Source: Promethearchaeota archaeon
Lineage (GTDB): Archaea; Asgardarchaeota; Thorarchaeia; Thorarchaeales; Thorarchaeaceae
NCBI GenBank assembly: GCA_048939765.1
Contig: JBHLPF010000002.1
Location: 52,163 to 116,162, forward strand
Length of the DNA: 64,000 nucleotides
Direction: 5' to 3'
Made by a program: the position numbers and the translations under genes. The notes below the pieces were generated by a model. The model was not told the DNA's origin, made no database searches, and saw only the letters and a program-made list of their open reading frames with translations. This document shows, in pieces, positions 9,826 to 19,877 of this stretch (positions within the stretch are counted from its first letter, which is position 1; every line of letters starts with the position of its first letter).

Positions 9826-10595
9826 TGTCATTTCTTGAGGTGTTTCAGTATACGCGCCAGGCCTCTCTGGTCCATGACCTAGACCCACGGTCAAAAATGA
9901 TGTTGACTCTCACTCTTGCCGTTATATCTCTCCTCTTTCTGGACATTGTTCCACTGCTGATTATTCTAATCACAATGGTTCCTCTTCTCATTGCAGCTAA
10001 ATCCCTCCGAAGATGGGCACGTAGCATGAAGGGGATGTCCTATCTATTGCTCTTCATTGTCATCTTTAACACACTACTCTCAAATGTTTCAAATCCATTC
10101 TCGCATTCAATAGCATTGGCCATCAGGCTTCTTGCGTTGATGACTTCCTTCTCCATCTTCTTCTTGACTGTGCATCCAGACCAACTTGCGCAATCCCTGA
10201 TTCAGATGCGGGTTCGTTTCGAGTTTGCATTTGCTATGAGCATGGCTATGCGATATGTTCCCACACTTGGACAAGAGGCTTATGCAATCATGGATGCGCA
10301 GAAGGCCCGCGGGGTGGAGCTGGACAAAGGCAACATTCTGAAGCGCATTCGCAATATAGTGCCAATCATTGTTCCTCTGATTATTGTTTCAATACGAAGA
10401 GCCTTGTCTGTGGCTGAGAGCATGGAATCGAGGGGATTCGGAGCAAATGAGAACAGAACATACATGGAGCTTTTAAGATTCAGAAGGAGGGACTGGGCGG
10501 TCCTGCTCGTATCACTTCTCGTGCTAGTCTGTGGCATCTATGTGAGGTTCTTTGTTCCACTTCCATCCTGGATGTTGTTCCAGCTACCATTCTAA
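9822..10595 (+). CDS. ecfT: ECF transporter transmembrane subunit EcfT
   Basis: LDPRSK, RYVPT, AQKARG and MESRGF (X-R-G motifs), TM helices. Confidence 0.92.
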   Translation: MMSFLEVFQYTRQASLVHDLDPRSKMMLTLTLAVISLLFLDIVPLLIILITMVPLLIAAKSLRRWARSMKGMSYLLLFIVIFNTLLSNVSNPFSHSIALAIRLLALMTSFSIFFLTVHPDQLAQSLIQMRVRFEFAFAMSMAMRYVPTLGQEAYAIMDAQKARGVELDKGNILKRIRNIVPIIVPLIIVSIRRALSVAESMESRGFGANENRTYMELLRFRRRDWAVLLVSLLVLVCGIYVRFFVPLPSWMLFQLPF

Positions 10596-10670
10596 CGCTT
10601 AATGGTTCATATGGATTTTATTTATCTAATCCCACACGTAATTTCTGGGGTGCTTCAGTAGGTGAGGAGC

Positions 10671-11255
10671 TTGTCTAAGAAAAAGTCTACCGGACTCACG
10701 AAGAGAAGGAAGTATACGGTCAAGAATCTAGTTACTGATTTGAAGAAGATAGGGTGCTCTCCTAGAGTTCTTGACAACATCGGTCGCGAAGTAGTCTATT
10801 TTGAATGGACTCAAGCTCAACACTTGTTGGGAGAGGACCATCCAGTCACCACGAATTTAGAATCACTTCTAGAGTTTATGCAAGGTGGCTGTGAGAAACA
10901 ACTTGTTGAGGGTGAACTATGGCGTGCTGCTGACACTCCTCAGTCCGCACTCAATGACGCAATAAAGGGTGCACCAGCGGAGTTTCTATCCTACCAATTC
11001 GTTCGTTCGTCAGATCACGTCCATGAAGTTCTTGAAGCTGCCAAGAAAGAGCGTAAGATGGAAATCAAGACCTACAAGGAAATTGAGAAAGGTGTGAGAA
11101 AAGAAATCAAGGCAGACCCAGATAATCCTGACCTTTGGAATAAGCTACGGCTTGTCCTCTGGCTTGTCGGAAAGCACAAGGAATCTAGTGAGGCCTTCAA
11201 GAAGGCAAAGAAGCTTGGCTGGGACAGTGCCACAAGTGCCTTTGTTGCTCTCTAG
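10671..11255 (+). CDS. Hypothetical protein with C-terminal TPR-like repeat
   Basis: DPDNPDLWNKLRLVLWLVGKHKESSEAFKKAKKL resembles one TPR; GGTGAGG RBS before TTG 10671. Confidence 0.7.
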   Translation: MSKKKSTGLTKRRKYTVKNLVTDLKKIGCSPRVLDNIGREVVYFEWTQAQHLLGEDHPVTTNLESLLEFMQGGCEKQLVEGELWRAADTPQSALNDAIKGAPAEFLSYQFVRSSDHVHEVLEAAKKERKMEIKTYKEIEKGVRKEIKADPDNPDLWNKLRLVLWLVGKHKESSEAFKKAKKLGWDSATSAFVAL

Positions 11256-11281
11256 ACGAAGTCTGATGATTAGTGCATATT

Positions 11282-11307
11282 GATTCATCTCATCCGAATG
11301 ATGAATC
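11282..11307. repeat. Intergenic inverted repeat
   Basis: GATTCATC-10 nt-GATGAATC, downstream of the TPR gene. Confidence 0.4.
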
Positions 11308-11364
11308 CAGAGGTGAACGATACAATCATTGGGCGGCTTTGTCAATGTTTCAATGACGCTCATC

Positions 11365-11916
11365 ATGACTCGAATCCTACATCTCATGAGGCACGCAGAA
11401 ACAGAAATTGATCCTAATATTCCAGCATCTGATTGGCAGCTCACTGAGGATGGCCTTTGCCAAGCAGAAGAACTTGCTTCGGTGGGCATCTTTTCTGGTG
11501 TGGATGGCATCTTTTCATCAACTGAAAGCAAGGCGTTGCAGACGGCACGCCCTTTTGCTGACAGGCTCGGAATTGAGATTATGGAATACTCTGAGTTCAG
11601 AGAGCTTAACAGAGGAACCGAAATGCTCTCTGATACGGAATACTTACACTCTGTGGAGGGGCTTCTGAATAGATCTGATGCCGTACCTGGCTGGGAGTTA
11701 CGAGAGCATGCCATGAATCGTTTTCAAACAAGGCTAGAACGAATAATGAACAAGGGTGATTTCAGAGAGGGTCTTCTCATTTCTCATGGACTTGTTCTCT
11801 CAATGCATTTCGCAGATCTCTTGCAACTTGATGATGTCTTCTCAAGATGGAAAAGACTGAGATTCTGTGCGTGGGGAACAATTCAAGCCAATCTGGTCAT
11901 CAAGGATATAGTCTAA
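11365..11916 (+). CDS. Histidine phosphatase family protein (phosphoglycerate mutase-like)
   Basis: LMRHAET (RHG motif), KALQTA, FRELNRG, LISHG. Confidence 0.88.
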   Translation: MTRILHLMRHAETEIDPNIPASDWQLTEDGLCQAEELASVGIFSGVDGIFSSTESKALQTARPFADRLGIEIMEYSEFRELNRGTEMLSDTEYLHSVEGLLNRSDAVPGWELREHAMNRFQTRLERIMNKGDFREGLLISHGLVLSMHFADLLQLDDVFSRWKRLRFCAWGTIQANLVIKDIV

Positions 11917-12043
11917 TCGCCTATTTCCGAACCAGTGCATTCGGATTCTTGCTTTTTTCATAGCCTAGCTCGCACAAACAGGAATCTTGTATCTCCCGAG
12001 CATAGATATTCTTTCCATGAGTTATCTTGTAATGGGAAAAGAG

Positions 12044-12520
12044 ATGACAGATCCCTCAGAACTGATCAAGAGATACGAACAAATCATTGAAACTCCTGCG
12101 AAGGAGCTGAGATTCAATGAGCACGGTGAATCAGTGGCAATACTTTGCCAGTCTGAATGGGTTCGTATTCTTGTGATTCAGCGTCAAGATACTGCCAATC
12201 TGGTTTCAATTGAGGTTGAACTGTCACTTCCTGCGCGAAGCACAAAGGCGTCATCAGGTATTCGCGAAAAAGGTGATTTGAAAGAAGCAGATACAAAGGT
12301 GCTTGCAGATCAGGTTATAGAGCACCTTCGTTATATGACCCTTCTCCAAGATGAAGGATTCACTCTTGAGCTAATTGGACAAGAGTGCCTCTGGACTGCG
12401 TCCAGAGACCTTCAGGAATCCCCCCGTCAGGAATTTTTCGAATTACTTACTCCTCCTTCCGAATGTGTTCCATGGAGCGCTGAGAATTCTGTCATCTCCC
12501 CATTCAAATATGCATCATAA
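12044..12520 (+). CDS. Hypothetical protein
   Basis: Clean ORF with protein-like composition; start uncertain (11987-12044). Confidence 0.65.
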   Translation: MTDPSELIKRYEQIIETPAKELRFNEHGESVAILCQSEWVRILVIQRQDTANLVSIEVELSLPARSTKASSGIREKGDLKEADTKVLADQVIEHLRYMTLLQDEGFTLELIGQECLWTASRDLQESPRQEFFELLTPPSECVPWSAENSVISPFKYAS

Positions 12521-12539
12521 AGTGAAAGGTGGTTAGAAG

Positions 12540-12794
12540 ATGACTATGGAGTTGCCTATGAGTGCGCTGATAGTACTCGATTTTCTTACAAAGAGAGGCC
12601 CCCACTCGCCTAAAGTGATAAGCAAGAAGGCCAACCTTCCACTTAGGACGGTTTCCTTTGCCCTACGCCACTTGCGAAAGGGCCAACTATGTCGCAGAAT
12701 TCCAAATCTCAGTGACATGCGTCAGCCCCTATATATCGCTGACATTGAGCGTGCTAGAGCGGTCTTTCTCAGGCACGGCAGAGTTCCAGTATAA
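12540..12794 (+). CDS. Small winged-HTH DNA-binding protein
   Basis: LTKRGPHSPKVISKKANLPLRTVSFALRHL...IPNLSDMRQPLY, a MarR-like small archaeal wHTH pattern. Confidence 0.8.
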   Translation: MTMELPMSALIVLDFLTKRGPHSPKVISKKANLPLRTVSFALRHLRKGQLCRRIPNLSDMRQPLYIADIERARAVFLRHGRVPV

Positions 12795-12843
12795 GCCCCA
12801 CAAGGCATGCCTGCGCGCGTAGGCGCCCGGCCTCATGTGGGGT
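12795..12843 (+). terminator. Long GC-rich stem-loop followed by a pyrimidine tract
   Basis: GCCCCACA/TGTGGGGT outer stem, AGGC/GCCT, GCCTGC/GTAGGC inner stem, then CATTTCCTCTTTTCT. Confidence 0.5.
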
Positions 12844-12938
12844 CATTTCCTCTTTTCTGATCAGTCAATAATCCAAAGAGACGACTTGTTTATGAGGAAG
12901 TGCATATTGAGAACCTTGCTACAGGACGTGATACTGCG

Positions 12939-14951
12939 ATGATTGATGTGTCCAAGGCGATGGCCATAAAGCTCCCTCAGGAGCTACCGCCACATCCTGA
13001 ATTTGATGCACAATACAGGCGAGCACCGAATAGAGGATATACTCTATCCGAATCTGATACTGTGATAGCTCTCAAGAATGCTCTCAGATATGTTCCAGCA
13101 AATCTTCACGAGACTCTCGCTCCAGAGTTCTTGGATGAGTTGATGACCAGAGGGCGGATCTATGGGTACCGCTATCGTCCTCCAGGGCCCATCAAAGCAC
13201 TGCCCGTTGATGAATACAAGGGAATCCTAGAGGCCAGAGCGCTTCAACTAATGATTGATAATAATCTGGACTTCGATGTCGCTCTGTATCCCTATGAACT
13301 TGTGACTTATGGAGAGAGCGGGCAGGTCTGCCAGAACTGGATGCAGTACAGGCTCATCAAGCAATACCTAGAAACAATGACAGATGAACAGACACTCGTA
13401 GTCAGTTCAGGCCATCCCGTCGGCCTGTTTCCCTCTCGCAAACTTGCTCCTCGTGCAATCACGACAAACGGACTCATGGTGGGTATGTATGACACGCTTG
13501 AGAGCTTTCACAGAGCTGCAGCTCTAGGAGTTGCGAATTATGGGCAGATGACAGCTGGAGGTTGGATGTATATCGGTCCTCAAGGCATAGTCCATGGGAC
13601 CTACATCACATTGCTCAATGCGGGACGGCTGTATTTGGGACTGCCTGAGGACCAAGACCTTCGAGGTCGAACCTTTTTGACCTCTGGATTAGGAGGGATG
13701 AGCGGTGCCCAGGCGAAAGCAATTGAGATTGCAGGTGGCATAGGTATTATTGCAGAAGTGGACAAGAGTCGCATTGAGACCCGTCATGAACAAGGTTGGT
13801 TAAGCAAGTATTCTGCTAATCTAGCGGAGATCTTCGAATGGGTCGATGAATACAAGGAGAAGAGTGAGCCCGTTTCAATTGGCTACTATGGAAATGTTGT
13901 CGATCTATGGAGGTATGTTGAAAACAATGAGATACCGATTGATCTCTCGTCAGACCAGACATCCTGTCATGATGTCTATAACGGCGGGTACACTCCCCAC
14001 GGACTGACCTTTGAGCAAGGACGAGAGCTCTTGAAAACAGATCGAGCAGAATTCAAAGTCCTTGCTGACAAATCATTGAGGCTGCAGTTTGAGCTCATCA
14101 GGAAGATGACAGAACGCGGCTCATACTTCTGGGACTACGGTAACAGTTTCTTGAAAGCAGTATTCGACGCTGGTGTGACAGCCATTGCTAGGAATGGCGA
14201 GAATCCTGACGACGGTTTCATATTTCACTCCTATGTAGAAGATATCATGGGACCGATTTGCTTCGATTATGGGTATGGCCCATTTCGGTGGGTATGCCTG
14301 AGCGGCAAGCATGATGATTTGATCAAGACAGACCAGGCTGCTATGTCTTGTATAGACCCAACAAGAAGAGGTCAGGATAGGGATAATTACGTCTGGATTC
14401 GGGATGCTGAGAAGAATGCATTGGTTGTCGGCTCTCAAGCCAGAATTCTCTACGCTGATGCAGCTGGAAGAGTCAAGATTGCGTTGGAGTTCAATAGGAA
14501 GATTCGCGAGGGTGAGATAGGCCCAGTAATGATGGGGAGAGACCATCATGACACAGGTGGCACAGACTCTCCATTCAGAGAAACCGCAAACATTCGCGAT
14601 GGCAGTAATGTGACAAGTGATATGGCTCATCAAGTCTGGGCTGGGAACGCAGCCAGAGGGATGACCCTCTGTGTCCTTTCAAATGGGGGTGGCGTGGGTA
14701 CCGGGAAGGCCATCAATGGCGGATTCGGCCTTGTGCTTGATGGAAGTGAGAGAGTAGACAACATTATCCGCCTTGGTCTTGATTGGGATGTGATGGGTGG
14801 AGTTGCTCGACGGGCATGGGCTAGAAATGACCATTCGATTGAAACTGCGATTGAATGGAACAGGTTGATGAGCGACAGAGGTCAGATCACTCTGCCTTAC
14901 GTGCCAGAAGAAGGACTTGTCGAGAGTATTGTGAAGAAGAAGCTACAATGA
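12939..14951 (+). CDS. hutU: Urocanate hydratase (long, UROC1-type form)
   Basis: YPYELVTYG, GQMTAGGWMYIGPQGIVHGT, GLGGMSGAQ, SDQTSCH, GRDHHD, DSPFRET; about 670 aa. Confidence 0.97.
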   Translation: MIDVSKAMAIKLPQELPPHPEFDAQYRRAPNRGYTLSESDTVIALKNALRYVPANLHETLAPEFLDELMTRGRIYGYRYRPPGPIKALPVDEYKGILEARALQLMIDNNLDFDVALYPYELVTYGESGQVCQNWMQYRLIKQYLETMTDEQTLVVSSGHPVGLFPSRKLAPRAITTNGLMVGMYDTLESFHRAAALGVANYGQMTAGGWMYIGPQGIVHGTYITLLNAGRLYLGLPEDQDLRGRTFLTSGLGGMSGAQAKAIEIAGGIGIIAEVDKSRIETRHEQGWLSKYSANLAEIFEWVDEYKEKSEPVSIGYYGNVVDLWRYVENNEIPIDLSSDQTSCHDVYNGGYTPHGLTFEQGRELLKTDRAEFKVLADKSLRLQFELIRKMTERGSYFWDYGNSFLKAVFDAGVTAIARNGENPDDGFIFHSYVEDIMGPICFDYGYGPFRWVCLSGKHDDLIKTDQAAMSCIDPTRRGQDRDNYVWIRDAEKNALVVGSQARILYADAAGRVKIALEFNRKIREGEIGPVMMGRDHHDTGGTDSPFRETANIRDGSNVTSDMAHQVWAGNAARGMTLCVLSNGGGVGTGKAINGGFGLVLDGSERVDNIIRLGLDWDVMGGVARRAWARNDHSIETAIEWNRLMSDRGQITLPYVPEEGLVESIVKKKLQ

Positions 14952-15015
14952 ATATCATTGTACCATAACCAAAGAGTATTAACTATTGTTTCCGCTCCAA
15001 AGCTTGTTGTTGAAA

Positions 15016-15684
15016 TTGAGCGGATGGACAGGTGCCTATAAGACTACGCCCCCTTGGGACATTGGTCGTCCACAACGGGCTGTCGTTGACCTTGTTGATA
15101 ACCGAGATCTATCAGGAAGAATCTTGGATGTAGGTTGCGGGACTGGCGAGAATGCGATTTTTCTGGCCGCAAATGGCTTCGATGTTGTGGGCATAGACTT
15201 CACTCCTAGAGCAATCGAGATAGCACAAGTGAAAGCCTTCGAGAGGGATGTGGACGTCGAATTCCTGGTGGGTGACGTGTTGGAACTGGACTATTACTTC
15301 CGCGAAGCTGAGTTTGATGCAGTGCTTGACTCGGGGCTTTTCCATACTCTGACTGATGAGGAACGACCGCTCTACGTCGAACAGGTTGCCAGAGTCTTGA
15401 GGTCTAGAGGGTCATACTTCATGTTAAGCTTCTCTGCAAAGCAACCTGGAATGACCGGACCAAGAAGGATGAGTGTGAGAGAAATCACCGAGTCTTTCCA
15501 AGACAGATTCCATCTCAACTACATTCGAGATGTGATATTTGAGTCAAATGTACATGATTCTGGTGCTAAGGGCTATCTGACCTCCGCAACTCGACTCTCA
15601 AGTGAGAGGTCGATGAAGAATGCCTCATATAGGTCAGATTATGAACGGTCTTTCCTCTGGCGAACCCGGGAGTACAGTCAGTGA
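15016..15684 (+). CDS. Class I SAM-dependent methyltransferase
   Basis: PPWDIGRPQ, ILDVGCGTG, LDSGLFH. Confidence 0.9.
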   Translation: MSGWTGAYKTTPPWDIGRPQRAVVDLVDNRDLSGRILDVGCGTGENAIFLAANGFDVVGIDFTPRAIEIAQVKAFERDVDVEFLVGDVLELDYYFREAEFDAVLDSGLFHTLTDEERPLYVEQVARVLRSRGSYFMLSFSAKQPGMTGPRRMSVREITESFQDRFHLNYIRDVIFESNVHDSGAKGYLTSATRLSSERSMKNASYRSDYERSFLWRTREYSQ

Positions 15685-15835
15685 ATCCTAGTCTTTACCA
15701 GTCAGTCAAAATCAGATTAAACTTGATAATGTGATGCATCAGATTAATGCATTGCCACGTTGACGCATTCTCCGGTAATTACTAAAGCAGGACCACCATG
15801 TCATAGAAAAGGGCACGGGGTCACGAGGTGAATCC

Positions 15836-17368
15836 ATGACTGTGGCTATTGATGGCATTAGTCTAACCATCGAGGATGTTGTGAAGGTGGCTCGCCATGA
15901 TGAGCCTGTGGAGCTATCCGAAGCTGCGCTAGACGGTATTCTCAGTAGCAGAGATGTAATCGAGAAGGCCGTGAAGGAGGGTCGCACTGTCTATGGTGTG
16001 AACACAGGCTTTGGTGACCTTTCCAATGTCTGCATAGACCCTAAGGATCTAGCAAAGCTGCAAGTCAATCTTATTCGGAGCCACTCTGCTGGAGTTGGCC
16101 TTCCCTTCTCCATTGAAGTAGTGAGAGGAATGATGCTTTTGCGTGCCAATGCTCTCGCGAAGGGATTCTCTGGAGTACGATTGGATGTCATTGAGATGCT
16201 AATTGACATGCTCAATGCAGGAGTGACCCCTGTGGTTCCACAACAAGGATCTGTTGGTTCTAGCGGCGACCTTGCTCCGCTTGCACATATGGCCCTAGTC
16301 TTGATTGGTGAGGGTGAGGCATATTTCAAGGGTGATCGAGTTGCGGGAAGAGATGCTCTAAGCCGAGCTGGAATCACGCCCCTGGTTTTACAGGCCAAGG
16401 AAGGAGTCGCTCTGATAAATGGGACCCAACCAATGTGTGCCATTGCTTCATTAGTCGTACATGATGCATTAGCTCTTCTCAAGGACGCATGTATTGCAGC
16501 CTCAATGAGTCTGGAGGCACTAAAGGGAACACGTGCAGCACTAGATGAGCGAATTCACCGAGTGCGTCGCTACGAAGGACAGAGTGACGTCGCCCGCACA
16601 ATGCTTGAGATACTCAGAGACAGCGAAATCAATCAATCTCATGCAGACTGTGGCATAGTACAAGATGCATATTCACTGCGCTGTGTTCCTCAGGTTCTTG
16701 GCGCATCTCTAGATGCACTAAGATACGCTCAAAACACGCTTGAGATTGAGATCAACTCGGCAACCGACAACCCTCTAGTGTTTTCCGAAGAAGGCGATGT
16801 TGTTTCTGGAGGGAATTTCCATGGTCAACCAATTGCATTGGCGATGGACTTTGTGGGCATTGCTCTGTCTGAGATTGCTAACATCTCAGAGCGAAGGGTG
16901 AATCGACTTGTTAATCCGAGTCTGAGTGGTTTACCCGCATTCTTGACAACTGAAGGTGGACTCGAGTCGGGAATGATGATTGCCCAGTACACCGCGGCAG
17001 CACTTGTTTCAGAAAACAAGGTTCTAGCACATCCAGCAAGTGTTGACTCTATTCCCACAAGTGCTGACCAAGAGGATCATGTGAGCATGGGCACCATCTC
17101 AGCCAGGAAGGCCGCAGAGATACTTGGCAATGTGAAGAATGTCATTGCGATAGAATATATGTGCGCTGCACAAGGTCTTAGTCTACTATTGCCTCTACAA
17201 CCGTCTGAACCTCTCAAACTGGCATTTGGCGCAATCAGAGAAACCGTTCCGCAGCTAGATGACGACAGACCATTACACATTGATATTGAAAGGATTCGAG
17301 AAATGATCGACTCTGAAACCATCGTAGCGAGTGTTGAGAAAGTCACGGGAACTCTACTGGAGGGTTAG
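15836..17368 (+). CDS. hutH: Histidine ammonia-lyase
   Basis: YGVNTGFG, NLIRSH (His-specific SH), GSVGSSGDLAPLAH, QDAYSLRC, GGNFHG, QEDHVSMG; lies with hutU and hutI. Confidence 0.95.
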   Translation: MTVAIDGISLTIEDVVKVARHDEPVELSEAALDGILSSRDVIEKAVKEGRTVYGVNTGFGDLSNVCIDPKDLAKLQVNLIRSHSAGVGLPFSIEVVRGMMLLRANALAKGFSGVRLDVIEMLIDMLNAGVTPVVPQQGSVGSSGDLAPLAHMALVLIGEGEAYFKGDRVAGRDALSRAGITPLVLQAKEGVALINGTQPMCAIASLVVHDALALLKDACIAASMSLEALKGTRAALDERIHRVRRYEGQSDVARTMLEILRDSEINQSHADCGIVQDAYSLRCVPQVLGASLDALRYAQNTLEIEINSATDNPLVFSEEGDVVSGGNFHGQPIALAMDFVGIALSEIANISERRVNRLVNPSLSGLPAFLTTEGGLESGMMIAQYTAAALVSENKVLAHPASVDSIPTSADQEDHVSMGTISARKAAEILGNVKNVIAIEYMCAAQGLSLLLPLQPSEPLKLAFGAIRETVPQLDDDRPLHIDIERIREMIDSETIVASVEKVTGTLLEG

Positions 17369-17443
17369 CGCATGGCATTCGTCAAGCTTTATCTGGTTTT
17401 CAAATAGTATCTTGTTTTGTATCCAGAGGTGTGTGAACCAGTC

Positions 17444-17896
17444 TTGAAAGGTCTGACAAAAGCCATGGAGCAGTACCTTGAGTCAATATATGAGCTGCAG
17501 CAAGAACATGGCTCTGCAAATGTGACTGATATCGCTGAGATGAGGGGTGTGAAGGCACCCAGCGTAACATATGTTCTTCAGAAGCTCAAGAAGATTGGAC
17601 TTGTAAACTATGAGCGTTATCGTAGTGTCAGTCTGACACCCAAGGGAAAAGAGATAGCAGAGAACCTCGATCGCACTCACAAGACCATCAAGTGGTTCTT
17701 CTGTATGATCGGCATAGATGATGAGATTGCGGATGATGACGCCTGTGAATTTGAGCACATCGCAAACCCCGAAACAGTAGAGAAACTCACGCAATTCGTG
17801 GATTGGGTGAAGGGCGCTCCAAAGAGCCCGAGGTGGCTTGAGCATTTCAAAGAGTACCAGGAATCAGGAACTCGCTCTGAAGAATGCCTGTCCTAG
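17444..17896 (+). CDS. DtxR/MntR-family metal-dependent transcriptional regulator
   Basis: EQYLESIY, VKAPSVT, LTPKG, DACEFEH. Confidence 0.92.
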   Translation: MKGLTKAMEQYLESIYELQQEHGSANVTDIAEMRGVKAPSVTYVLQKLKKIGLVNYERYRSVSLTPKGKEIAENLDRTHKTIKWFFCMIGIDDEIADDDACEFEHIANPETVEKLTQFVDWVKGAPKSPRWLEHFKEYQESGTRSEECLS

Positions 17897-19158
17897 GGCC
17901 CTAGCTTAGTGTGGACAACCTCGCCATTTGCAACAACTGTATGTATCAGATTGACTCCGAACCTCCATGATAGATACTCTGGATTTGGACAGTCCAAGAT
18001 TAGGATGTCTGCCCGCTTTCCTTGTTCTATGCTTCCCAGTGTTTCACTTCTTCCAAGAGCATGAGCCGCATTTATTGTGGCTGCTGAGATCGCTTCTCGT
18101 GGATGCATCTTCATCTTGTAGCAAGCCAAGGATATTGTGAAGAACATAGACTCGTTTGCGCAATTTGGATTGAAGTCAGTGGCGAGTGCCACAGGAAGCC
18201 CCATTTCTATCATCTTGCGGGCATCGGCGTATTCGGTATCAAGACTGAATGCAGTTCCAGGTAGCAGGGTAGCAATGGTTCCAGCTTTACGCATGGATTC
18301 CAAATCATCATTGGAGGCCATCAGAAGATGATCTGCGGAAACTGCCTCGACTTCTGCTGCAAGGCCTGCCCCTCCAAGTTGGACAATCTCGTCTGCATGG
18401 ACCTTTAGCTTCATGCCCTTGGCTTTTGCTGCTTGAAGAATCTCTCTCGACTGCTCCACACTGAATACACCGTCTTCACAGAAAACATCGCAGAACTCTG
18501 CCAAATTCTGTTTCGCGACAGCTGGAATCATTTCGTTCTTTACAAGGCCGACATAGTCATCAACCCTGCCCCTATACTCAGGAGGAATCGCATGAGCTCC
18601 CATGAAAGTTGATACAAACTCTGAGGGCAACTTGTTTCTCAATGTCCCTATAACACGGAGCATCTTCAATTCATTCTCTACATCGAGTCCATAGCCGCTC
18701 TTGGCCTCAATTGTTGTGGTCCCAGATGCAAGCATACTCTCAGCATATGAGAACGCATTGGAGATGAGTTCGTCTTCAGACGCTGATCGAGTCGCTTTCA
18801 GGGTGTTCAATATGCCTCCGCCCCCCTCCAGTATCTCCATGTAGGTCCTGCCGGCAAGCTTCATGGCGAAGTCATTCTCTCTTGAGCCTCCAAACACTAG
18901 ATGCGTATGACTGTCGACGAAACCTGGAATTGCTAGCATATTGGGAAACTCGATTGGTGGGAGTTTAGGCTCGTCACTGAGGCTCGACATGACTTCCTTA
19001 GTCGTTCCAACCGCTATAATCTTCCCATCTTGAATGGCAACAGCTCCATCCTCAATTATAGACAACTCTTTCAGCGTTTCTCCTGTCTTTGGCGCGCTAG
19101 TATGTCCCGCAAGCGTGGCAAGTTGAGCGATGTGGGAGAGGACAATGTCCGGTTTCAT
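17893..19158 (-). CDS. hutI: Imidazolonepropionase
   Basis: PGFVDSHTHLVFGGSR, EAKSGYGL, DVFCE, HADE, ATDFNP. Confidence 0.96.
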   Translation of the reverse strand: MKPDIVLSHIAQLATLAGHTSAPKTGETLKELSIIEDGAVAIQDGKIIAVGTTKEVMSSLSDEPKLPPIEFPNMLAIPGFVDSHTHLVFGGSRENDFAMKLAGRTYMEILEGGGGILNTLKATRSASEDELISNAFSYAESMLASGTTTIEAKSGYGLDVENELKMLRVIGTLRNKLPSEFVSTFMGAHAIPPEYRGRVDDYVGLVKNEMIPAVAKQNLAEFCDVFCEDGVFSVEQSREILQAAKAKGMKLKVHADEIVQLGGAGLAAEVEAVSADHLLMASNDDLESMRKAGTIATLLPGTAFSLDTEYADARKMIEMGLPVALATDFNPNCANESMFFTISLACYKMKMHPREAISAATINAAHALGRSETLGSIEQGKRADILILDCPNPEYLSWRFGVNLIHTVVANGEVVHTKLGP

Positions 19159-19286
19159 ATCTATTCACAATGAGTGACGAGTATCTCCCCCCTAAATCTA
19201 CGTTGCGCTGAAGAGTTTCTCAGCAGTACTGTTAATATGGAGGAAGTACACTGAGCTGCAAAGCCCGTGCGGGGTTATGGAGTAGA

Positions 19287-19868
19287 ATGGAGTATCTAAT
19301 TCTCACTTGGGATGACGTCTACAATCTCACGCTTCAGCTTTCGGAACGTGTTGTTGAGAGCGGCTTCAAGCCTGATGTAGTGGTAGGAATAGCAAGAGGT
19401 GGTTGGATACCAGCCAGGGTGCTTTCCGATGTCCTGTATGCAGATAGTCTCCAGAATATCCGCATTGAATACTACAGTGACGTAGGTCAGAAAGGACGCG
19501 AGCCTAAAATCACCCAACCCATCACAGGATCAATGGAGGGCAAGAGCGTATTGCTGGTGGATGAGGTCGCCGACACAGGAGACAGTCTCTATCATGCAAT
19601 CGAACATGTTCAGGACTTGGGAGCGGCCGACGTGAAGACAGCAGTCCTACACTGGAAACCTTGGTCGAGAGTCAAACCAGATTTCTTCATGGTGCAGACC
19701 GAGAGGTGGACAGTATATCCCTGGGAAATGCGGGAGTCAATCATTGCGTTGGTAAAGGTGTTCAAGAAGGAAGATCCTTCAATGGACCTCAAGCAAATTC
19801 GCAATAAGCTCGTCTTCGAGGTGGGATTCCAGCCCACTGTCGCAGACTATTTCATCAAGAGGCTCTAA
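19287..19868 (+). CDS. Type I phosphoribosyltransferase (archaeal purine salvage type)
   Basis: GIARGGWIPA, LLVDEVADTGDSL PRPP loop, YPWE. Confidence 0.92.
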   Translation: MEYLILTWDDVYNLTLQLSERVVESGFKPDVVVGIARGGWIPARVLSDVLYADSLQNIRIEYYSDVGQKGREPKITQPITGSMEGKSVLLVDEVADTGDSLYHAIEHVQDLGAADVKTAVLHWKPWSRVKPDFFMVQTERWTVYPWEMRESIIALVKVFKKEDPSMDLKQIRNKLVFEVGFQPTVADYFIKRL

Positions 19869-19877
19869 AGTATAGAA

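Noticed and set aside
8150-10595. ECF module without a substrate-binding S component
   Set aside because: This is normal for group II ECF transporters, whose S components are encoded elsewhere.
12795-12843. SECIS element or selenoprotein recoding
   Set aside because: No neighbouring gene shows an in-frame TGA with continuing homology, and the hairpin lacks a clear SECIS core.
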